Positions 1 to 7,034 of a stretch of 7,752 nt of DNA are shown here, one piece after another. Under the pieces are notes generated by a model. That model saw only the letters and a program-made list of their open reading frames with translations. It was not told the origin of the DNA and did not search any database. A program made the position numbers and the translations under genes. The stretch spans positions 1 to 7,752 of the forward strand of contig NW_021828742.1 of assembly GCF_006345805.1 (NCBI RefSeq), in the 5' to 3' direction. This DNA is from Octopus sinensis. Lineage: Eukaryota. The stretch's first letter is position 1. Each line of letters starts with the position of its first letter.

Positions 1-81
1 ACAACCTACGTAAATACCTACCTACCTACAAACCTAACCTACCTACCTACCTACCTACCTACCAACCTACCAACCTACCTA
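1..81. repeat. (CCTA)n microsatellite with CCAA/CAAA variants; truncated by the window edge
   Basis: Direct tandem CCTA units. Confidence 0.95.
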
Positions 82-466
82 GTAGGAGCACTCCGTCGGT
101 TACGACGACGAGGGTTCCAGTTGAGATCCGATCAACGGAACAGCCTGCTCGTGAAATAACGTGTAAGTGGCTGAGCACTCCACAGACACGTGTACCCTTA
201 ACGTATTTCTCGGGATATTCAGCGTGACACGGAGAGTGACAAGGCTGACCCTTTGAAATACAGGTACAACAGAAACAGGAAGTAAGAGTGAGAGAAAGTT
301 GTGGTGAATGAGTACAGCAGGGATCACCACCATCCCCGCCGGAGCCTCGTGGAGCTTTAGGGTTTTTCGCTCAATAAACACTCACAACGCCCGGTCCTGG
401 GAATCGAAACCGCGATCCTATGACCGCGAGTCCGCTGCCCTAACCACTGGGCCATTGCGCCTCCAC
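82..466 (-). mobile_element. tRNA-derived SINE (family B), apparently full length; tRNA-Arg-like head; possibly an octopus OR-type SINE
   Basis: Minus strand begins GTGGAGGCGCAATGGCCCAGTGGTTAGGGCAGCGGACTCGCGGTCATAGGATCGCGGTTTCGATTCCC. A box TGGCCCAGTGG (444-454), B box GGTTTCGATTCC (400-411). GACT-nnn-GGTCA-nnGAT spacing resembles tRNA-Arg. 3' stem-loop at 91-112. Flanked by (CCTA)n on both sides. The family name is from memory and unverified. Confidence 0.85.
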
Positions 467-892
467 ACCAACCTACCTACCAACCTACCTACCTACCTTC
501 CTTCCTACCTACCTACAAACCTACCTACCTACCTACCTATTTACCTACCTACCTACCTACCTACCAACCTACCTACCTACCTACCTACATACCTACCTAC
601 CTACCTACCTACCTACCTACCACCTATTTTCCTACCTACCTACCTACCAACCTACCTACCTGCCTACCAACCTACCTACCTACCTACCTACCTACCTACT
701 TACCTACGAACCTAACTACCTACCTACCAACCTACCTACCTACCTACAAACCTACCTACCTACCTACCTACCTACCTACCTACATACATACATACATACA
801 TGCATACATACATACCTACATACATACATACAAACATACATACATACATACCTACATACATACATACATACATACATACATACATACATACA
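467..892. repeat. Compound microsatellite: (CCTA)n to ~782, then (CATA)n to ~892
   Basis: Direct tandem units. Source of the spurious LPTY and YVCM ORFs. Confidence 0.95.
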
Positions 893-922
893 ACGCGCAC
901 ACGCATGTATATTTATACTTAT

Positions 923-1001
923 GGCGTGACTGTGTGGTAAAGAAGCTTGATTCCCAACCGCAAGGTTCTGGGTTCAGTCCCACTGCGTAGTAATGAGTGG
1001 A
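923..1001 (+). mobile_element. SINE family A head fragment with internal deletion
   Basis: GGCGTGACTGTGTGGTAAAGAAGCTTGATTCCCAACC...GGTTCAGTCCCACTGCGT aligns to the head of the 1021 copy, then jumps to TGAGTGGAT. Confidence 0.85.
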
Positions 1002-1020
1002 TATATATATATATATATAG

Positions 1021-1408
1021 GGCGCAGGAGTGGCTGTGTGGTAAGTAGCTTGTTTACCAGCCATATGGTTCCTGGTTCAGTCCCACTGCGTGACACCTTG
1101 GGCAAGTGTCTTCTACTATAGCCTCGGGCTGACCAAAGCCATGTGAGTGGATTTGGTAGACAGAAACTGAAAGAAGCCCGTCGTATATATGTATATATAT
1201 ATATGTATGTGTGTGTTTGTCCCCGTAGCATTGCTTGACAACCGATGTTGGTGTGTTTACGTCGCCGTCACTTAGCGGTTCGGCAAAAAAGAGACCGATA
1301 GAATAAGTACTGGGCTTACAAAAGAGTAAGTCCCGGGGTCGATTTGCTCGACTAAAGGCGGTGCTCCAGCATGGCCGCTGTCAAATGACTGAAACAAGTA
1401 AAAGAGTA
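1021..1408 (+). mobile_element. tRNA-derived SINE family A, full-length copy 1
   Basis: A box TGGCTGTGTGG (1031-1041), B-box-like GGTTCAGTCCC (1074-1084), internal (TA)/(TG) tract, 3' GTCAAATGACTGAAACAAGTAAAAGAG tail. Colinear with the copies at 4493, 5262 and 7035. (TA)n on both sides. Confidence 0.95.
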
Positions 1409-1466
1409 TATATATATATATATATATAATATATATATATATATACACACACATATATATATATAT
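1409..1466. repeat. (TA)n microsatellite
   Basis: Direct. Confidence 0.95.
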
Positions 1467-1844
1467 GTCGTTACTGTCCTGTTTTTTTTTACCATTTTTG
1501 ACCCCTCTGCGAAAAGATCTCAGAATTTTAATTGATTTGCTTTTCGCAGGAAGGAAAGTTTCTTGTCGAAGATACGTCTCGCTTTTATCCTTCGAAACGT
1601 AGAGTAGATGAAACCTTAGCGACTGAAGAAGGGTTTTTGTTCGTTGTGTTAATTGTCCTGTACTCCATTTTCTGTTGTTTTAAAAAAAATGTCCTGTTCC
1701 TTTGGTTTGTGTCTATGTTTTCGTTTCTCTTTGTGTTCGACGTCCTTTTGGTGTCCTGTACTCATATATGCGTGTATATATACATGTAGAGGAGGTACGT
1801 ACATATATGTTTATATATATGCATATGTTTTATTTCATTTATTA

Positions 1845-1845
<1 letters not shown>
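1467..1845 (+). repeat. Probable microsatellite-associated interspersed repeat with a T-rich body and a hammerhead-like relic
   Basis: Bounded by (TA)n. Shares GACTGAAGA followed by a T-rich body with the 127-bp element. Shares GACGTCCT...ATATATGCATAT.TTTTATTT motifs with 4160-4205. Confidence 0.35.
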
Positions 1846-1890
<45 letters not shown>

Positions 1891-1896
1891 CATATA

Positions 1897-1927
<31 letters not shown>

Positions 1928-1948
1928 ATATATATTATATATATATAT

Positions 1949-1997
<49 letters not shown>

Positions 1998-2000
1998 TTA
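1846..2000. repeat. Imperfect (TA)n microsatellite
   Basis: Direct. Confidence 0.95.
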
Positions 2001-2009
2001 TCAATATAG

Positions 2010-2043
2010 GGTGGCAAAAATTTTGTAGAATTTTTTTGCCACC
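2010..2043. repeat. 11-bp perfect inverted repeat (GGTGGCAAAAA / TTTTTGCCACC), 12-nt spacer
   Basis: 2010-2020 is the reverse complement of 2033-2043. Confidence 0.9.
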
Positions 2044-2100
2044 AGCGGCCTAGTGGGAAAAAATTAAATAGTCATAGACCATTTTTAAGTTCAACATCAA

Positions 2101-2247
2101 CAATCAAGGAACGGCCATAATAGGCCATTCACCCCTAGAAATAACAGCAAAGCTTCTCCTGGTTTACGGAATTGATTTTTATTTGCGGTTGAAGCTTGGC
2201 TGTTATTTCTAGTGGGTGAATGGCCTATTATGGCCGTTCCTTGATTG
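2101..2247. repeat. Long near-perfect inverted repeat (56/57-bp arms, 34-nt spacer)
   Basis: 2101-2156 vs the reverse complement of 2191-2247 differ by one substitution and one 1-nt indel. Confidence 0.95.
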
Positions 2248-2248
2248 A

Positions 2249-2251
2249 TGA

Positions 2252-2296
<45 letters not shown>

Positions 2297-2325
2297 ATAT
2301 ATCTATATAATACTATATACATATA

Positions 2326-2358
<33 letters not shown>

Positions 2359-2448
2359 AATATATTATATATAATGTATATATATATAGATATATAATAT
2401 ATATATATATATTATATATAATATATATTATTATATATATATATAATA

Positions 2449-2505
<57 letters not shown>

Positions 2506-2559
2506 TATATATATATATATATATTACATTATATATATATAATATATATATATATATAC

Positions 2560-2600
<41 letters not shown>

Positions 2601-2640
2601 ACATATATATATATATGTATATATATGGTGTGTATATGTA
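2249..2640. repeat. Very long imperfect (TA)n array
   Basis: Direct. Confidence 0.95.
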
Positions 2641-2672
2641 TGGATCATAAGTATAAATGTACATGCTCTTCA

Positions 2673-2710
2673 TGTCTGTCTGTCTGTATGTATGTAATGT
2701 GTGCGTGCGT

Positions 2711-2745
<35 letters not shown>
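2673..2745. repeat. Compound (TGTC)/(TATG)/(GT)n microsatellite
   Basis: Direct; pure (GT)n at ~2713-2742. Confidence 0.9.
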
Positions 2746-2761
2746 CGTGAGTATAAGTATG

Positions 2762-2821
2762 TATTCTTTCTTTTATTCTTTTATTTATTTTGTCATCTGA
2801 CTGCGGCAACACTATCAGCAC
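2762..2821 (-). mobile_element. Degenerate 3' tail fragment of SINE family A
   Basis: TATTCTTTTATTTATTTTGTCATCTGACTGCGGCAACAC resembles TACTCTTTTACTTGTTTCAGTCATTTGACTGCGGCCATGC at ~4510-4550. Confidence 0.6.
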
Positions 2822-3109
2822 TAATAGTTTCCTCCGATTTCATCTCGCGGACGCCAGTTATTGAGTTCCTCGTAATTCGGTGAAAAAAATCCCCAATTTT
2901 CGTCTTCCGACGGATGTTGCAAGCATTTCAGATTTTGTAACCTTCGCGAATGATGAACGATTAAATGACTCACAAACACCCTAAGCCAGTGGCTCCCAAA
3001 CTTTTTAGAGTCGCGACCCACTATTTATAACACCAGTTTATGACGACCCACTTAACTCTACTGAGTAAAAACATTAATGAAATTACCAAATTTATTTCAG
3101 ATTACGTCT

Positions 3110-3183
3110 TCAGTGAGGCGTGTGAGAAGGATGAGCCTGTCTCTTGCTACGCTCAATAATAGAATTAACATCAGGTTCAATGC
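3110..3183 (-). pseudogene. Second copy of the last ~24 transposase codons in the duplicated 3' end
   Basis: Minus strand reads IEPDVNSIIERSKRQAHPSHTPH*. Confidence 0.85.
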
Positions 3184-3471
3184 ATCCTGGTGATCACTCC
3201 TATACTTTTTAAATAATTTATAAACTTACTGGGTGTATAAGGAACCTTACTGATGTTGGGGCCACAATGAAATGCAGCCTGTGCTTTTTTAAGAGGGTAG
3301 CAAAAGAGTAGAAGCATCATGAAGTTAAAAGAATCCTTTAGTCTAGTTCAGTGGTCCCCAAACTTTTTAGAGTCGCGACCCACTATTTATCGCACCAGTT
3401 TATGACGACCCACTTAACTCTAATGAGTAAAAACATTAATGAAATAAAGAAATTTATTTCAGATTACATCT

Positions 3472-3781
3472 TCAGTGAGGCCTGTGAGAAGGATGAGCCT
3501 GTTTCTTGCTACGCTCAATAATAGAATTAACATCAGGTTCAATGCGTGATAGTTTCAGGCGTAAAGAATTTGAGAGGTGCAGTTTATTTCGATATTTGCT
3601 TTTTAATCACAACCATTGCTGAAAATCCAGCTTCACAAATATAAGATGACGTGAAAGGGAGAAGTACTTTTAATGCTTCGGTGGAAACGATTGGGTACGA
3701 GGTTAGAAGAGACGCCCAGAACTGTACCAATTTTCGGGTATTAAAAGTCTTGAAGTATCTCGATAGACAGCAGTTAATCAA
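3472..3781 (-). pseudogene. C-terminal hAT dimerisation-domain remnant of a Buster-family (ZBED5/SCAND3-like) transposase, frameshifted
   Basis: FWASLLTSYPIVSTEALKVLLPFTSSYICEAGFSAMVVIK. Removing one A from the A5 run at 3600-3604 continues it as SKYRNKLHLSNSLRLKLSRIEPDVNSIIERSKKQAHPSHRPH*, matching the family pattern FW..YP..A..LLPF..Y.CE.GFS..K.K.RN.L..LR..LS.I.P....Q.H.SH. Confidence 0.9.
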
Positions 3782-4283
3782 AGCTAATGCGTAATTTTAC
3801 AACTTTTTGCGACCCACTAAGATTCCGTTCGCGACCCATCTGTGGGTCGCGACTCATGGTTTGGGAACCACTGCCCTAAGCTTTCACATTTTTCATTGGT
3901 GCCTTATCAGCCTTTCTCTATATGTAACTTCACTTTCATGTAGAAAGCCTTCACATTGTGGCGATTAGAAAAAAAACTTTACCTTTCTCTGCTTTTTTGC
4001 TCCATCTTTCAATAGTTGCAATTTTTTTAGCAACAAATTATCCACTTCAGTTCAGGCTGATACGGTTGAATAAACACGTCCGAACAATGCTCTGAATGGT
4101 CTCAGTCGAGTGTTTGTATTTAACCCGGTTGGTTTCGTACTTGATGTTGTTACAGTTGTTGACGTCCTATATCCATATATGCATATATTTTATTTATATT
4201 ATTATTTAATTGAACGCCATGCATCCATAATATATATATATATATATATATAGTATACATATATCATATATTATATAATATTA

Positions 4284-4410
4284 ATCAGCCGAAATTGCGA
4301 GGATGATCCGGTTCTTGACTGAAGATTGAAGGCTTCGAATGTCTCATCCGTATTTTTTGTATCGTCTTCTAAATGTTTTGCGTTCTTGTCCCAGTTTGTG
4401 TTTTTCTACA
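4284..4410 (+). mobile_element. 127-bp TIR-less interspersed element, copy 1 (strand arbitrary)
   Basis: Reverse complement of 6731-6857 with 9 mismatches, no indels and the same ends. TA-rich flanks. Confidence 0.8.
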
Positions 4411-4417
4411 GATACAT

Positions 4418-4434
4418 TTATATATCATATATAT

Positions 4435-4494
<60 letters not shown>
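4418..4494. repeat. (TA)n microsatellite
   Basis: Direct. Confidence 0.95.
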
Positions 4495-4495
<1 letters not shown>

Positions 4496-4709
4496 TCTTA
4501 CTCTCTTTTACTCTTTTACTTGTTTCAGTCATTTGACTGCGGCCATGCTGGAGCACCGCCTTTAGTCGAGCAAATGAACCCCGGGACTTATTCTTTTGAA
4601 AGCCCAGTACTTATTCTATCGGTCTCTTTTGCTGAACCGCTAAGTGACGGGGACGTAAACACACCAGCATCGGTTGTCAAGAAATGCTAAGAGGACAAAC
4701 ACAGACACA

Positions 4710-4767
<58 letters not shown>

Positions 4768-4934
4768 CATATATACGACAGGCTTCTTTCAGTTTCCGTC
4801 TACCAAATCCACTCACAAGGCATTGGTCGGCCTGGGGCTATAGCAGAAGACACTTGCCCAAGATGCCACGCAGTGGGACTGAACCCAGAACCATGTGGTT
4901 GGTTAGCAAGCTACTTACCACACAGCCACTCCTG
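4493..4934 (-). mobile_element. SINE family A copy 2 (lacks ~4 nt at the 5' end; expanded internal (CA)n)
   Basis: Reverse complement colinear with copy 1. Tail reads GTAAAAGAGTAAAAGAGAGTAAGAGTA on the minus strand. Confidence 0.95.
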
Positions 4935-5260
4935 GTAATTTGCTTTGTGCCCCGACCATTAAGAACAGCTTCATAGCATCCCCAGTTCTCTCATAACATC
5001 TGTTGTGTCTTCGTATCAGTTTCATCAAGACATTTGGCAGGTTTGTGTTTTGCAGAAGCCGACTCGGGTGGCAGCTGTTATGTCGATTGTCTCACACATC
5101 TGTTCCCAGCAAGCATCGACTGGAACTGTGGTGAATAGTGCAGTGTTGACTAACTTGTTTAATTTTCGCTGAAATTGCACGATGCATTTGAAGATGCTTC
5201 ACTTTTCTGACATCTGGTCATTTTAGTGCAATTTTACGAGCCTCGCTGCACTTTGGTGTC
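4935..5260 (-). pseudogene. Probable fossil RTE-clade LINE ORF2 fragment (endonuclease-RT linker)
   Basis: Manual minus-strand translation: VQFQRKLNKLVNTALFTTVPVDACWEQMCETIDITAATRVGFCKTQ, frameshift, LDETDTKTQQML*ENWGCYEAVLN. Resembles the RTE linker pattern FQ..L...W..L...I...A...LG....QDWFDEND..I..LL..K. Recognised by eye only. Confidence 0.5.
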
Positions 5261-5261
5261 A

Positions 5262-5429
5262 CTGTGTGGTAAGTTGCTTGCTAACCAACCACATGGTTCC
5301 GGGTTCAGTCCCACTGCGTGGCATCTTGGGCAAGTGTCTTCTGCTATAGCCCCGGCCGACCAATGCCTTGTGAGTGGATTTGCTAGACGGTAACCGAAAG
5401 AGCCTGTCGTATATTGTTAATATATATAT

Positions 5430-5477
<48 letters not shown>

Positions 5478-5702
5478 GTTGGTGTTGTTTTGTGTCTGTG
5501 TTTGTCGCCCTAGCATTGTTGACAACCGATGCTGGTGTGTTTACGTCCCCGTCACTTAGCGGTTCGGCAAAAAAGGGACCGATAGAATAAGTACTGGGCT
5601 TACAATAAAAATAAGTCCTGGGGGTCGATTTGCTCGACTAAAGGGCGGTGCTCCAGCGTGGCCGCAGTCAAATGACTGAAACAAGTAAAAGAGTACAGAG
5701 TA
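5262..5702 (+). mobile_element. SINE family A copy 3 (5'-truncated ~13 nt; expanded internal (TG)n)
   Basis: Starts CTGTGTGGTAAG and ends GTAAAAGAGTACAGAGTA. Colinear with the other copies. Confidence 0.95.
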
Positions 5703-6400
5703 CACTTGGTACAGGTGAAGAGGTGATCGACGAAGCATTCCTCCTCTTCACCATACCTTTCTATGATATTGCTCCGGAGATGTAATTCCTAGTCGAACAG
5801 ATGCAACCGTGGATGTCACCAGCTGCAAATCTATTTTCCATGAAGCTGCCACAAGGGTTTTGTCATAGCCAGGTGCAAAAGTCGAGTAGGAGTTGTTAAT
5901 TAAACTTTATATTTTTCCAATCTGACTCGATACGTTTGCAAACCATAACGCAATACACTTGGTCGACATAAAAACATCTTAATTATGATTGCACGCCATT
6001 GAGGTGTCTACACAATAACGAGTCGTAGAAATCCCCTTTTCTATTTAATTCCATTGATGTTGCAGATGTATAGACATTAAAATAAAAGCCTTCAGTTTCA
6101 ATGATTTAAACTTGCCTTGTTCCATCGGGTACAGAAGAGAATGTGAATTGGATGAAAAGAGATCTTACAAAAATTGGTCAACGCGTATCACTCCTAACTT
6201 TACTGACCGCAACATCCTGAAGATTTTCCCTTCGAAAATCTTCTTGTTTTTTTTCATTCATGCTTCTTAAAATACAGCATCTAACTGCACCATAACTTCA
6301 AAATTGCAACTATGGCAGGTCTTGCGTTCGAATTTTCCAGAAATTGTCACATCTGATATCGTTCTAATGTACAACGACCTTCAAACTTGTTTCTATTTTG
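5703..6400 (-). pseudogene. Probable fossil L1/Tx1-clade LINE ORF2 C-terminal region (post-RT to zinc knuckle)
   Basis: Ordered minus-strand peptides across frameshifts and stops: SLKVVVH*NDIRCDNFWKI; DQFL*...HSLLYPMEQGKFKSLKLKAFIL; ESDWKNIK; DKTLVAASWKIDLQLVTSTVASVRLGITSPEQ; YGEEEECFVDHLFTC. These parallel the L1/Tx1 motifs LGV.F..NW, FLW..L..P..GG, DW..IW, W...H..L.T...L...G and C..C..E...HLF..C. Confidence 0.5.
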
Positions 6401-6480
6401 TTTTATTCTAAGAAAAATTCACTGTGGTGAGGCGGAGATAACTCAGTCATGTTGAGGTCTTTAGCTTCCTTTTATCAGGA

Positions 6481-6686
6481 TACACACACACACACACACC
6501 ACACGCGCGCGCACACACACACACACACAACACACACACACACACACACACATACACACACACATATATAATGGGCCTCCTTCAGTTTCGAGGCCATAGT
6601 CGAAGACACTTGGCCAAGGTACCATGCAGTGGGATTGAACCTAGAATCATGTGGTTGAGAAGCAAGCTTCTTACCTCTCACTCACC
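6481..6686 (-). mobile_element. SINE family A 5' half (internal ~37-nt deletion) plus its (CA)n tract (6481-6563)
   Basis: GGGCCTCCTTCAGTTTC|GAGGCCATAGTCGAAGACACTTGGCCAAGG...AGCAAGCTTCTTACC aligns to the reverse complement of the head. Confidence 0.85.
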
Positions 6687-6730
6687 CCCCCATATATATA
6701 TATATATATATTATTATTATTATTATTATA

Positions 6731-6857
6731 TGTAGAAAAATACAAACTGGGACAAGAACGCAAAACACTTAGAAGACGATACAAAAAACACGGAAGGGAT
6801 ATTCGAAGCCCTCAATCTTCAGTCAAGAACCGGATCATCGTAGCAATTTCGGCTGAT
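6731..6857 (-). mobile_element. 127-bp TIR-less interspersed element, copy 2
   Basis: Inverted copy of 4284-4410; between (TTA)n/(TA)n and (TA)n. Confidence 0.8.
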
Positions 6858-6861
6858 ATAT

Positions 6862-6996
6862 ATATATATACGATGGGCTTCTTTCGATTTCCGCCTACCA
6901 AATTCACTCACAAGCCCAAGGTGCCACGCAGTGGGACTGAACTCAGAACCATGTGGTTGGGAAGCAAGCTACTTACCACATATCCACTAGCCTGTG
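6862..6996 (-). mobile_element. SINE family A 5' half with a ~37-nt internal deletion
   Basis: CGATGGGCTTCTTTCGATTTCCGCCTACCAAATTCACTCACAAG|CCCAAGGTGCCACGCAGTGGGACTGAAC. Confidence 0.85.
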
Positions 6997-7034
6997 CTTA
7001 TATATATATATATAGGCAGGTATTAATTTTTATA

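Larger units (their letters stand above)
2987..3873 (-). mobile_element. Non-autonomous hAT DNA transposon (Buster/Charlie type), composite, with a duplicated 3' end
   Basis: TIRs CAGTGGCTCCCAAAC (2987) and CAGTGGTTCCCAAAC (reverse complement, ending at 3873), 14/15 match. Perfect 8-bp TSD CCCTAAGC at 2979-2986 and 3874-3881 (nnnTAnnn, Buster-type). Subterminal GCGACCCA motifs, including a perfect 10-bp palindrome at 3829-3852. Internal transposase remnant. Confidence 0.95.

Noticed and set aside
400-466. SINE heads as genuine tRNA genes
   Set aside because: The cloverleaf arms are degenerate, there is no oligo-T terminator after the head, and the heads are fused to conserved SINE bodies.
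308-715. 135-aa ORF with LPTY repeats
   Set aside because: Antisense SINE B sequence running into (CCTA)n; the repeat peptide is a microsatellite translation.
1-782. (CCTA)n as a telomeric repeat
   Set aside because: The unit is TAGG, not TTAGG or TTAGGG; only sporadic CCTAA units occur.
2987-3545. 197-bp direct repeats as LTRs or a CRISPR-like array
   Set aside because: They begin with hAT TIRs and contain transposase codons; there are no TG...CA ends, no PBS and no repeat-spacer periodicity.
3584-3781. 65-aa ORF as a functional small protein
   Set aside because: TTG start, begins mid-domain and is cut by a frameshift; a transposase remnant with no catalytic core.
4319-4343. CTGAAGA...CGAAT as a hammerhead in the 127-bp element
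   Set aside because: GAAT replaces GAAA in both copies, and stems II and III cannot be formed properly.
5248-5713. CACTTTGGTGTCA / CACTTGGTACA as a TSD of SINE copy 3
   Set aside because: It needs indels and mismatches although the SINE is little diverged; each side is explained by a different LINE-like relic.
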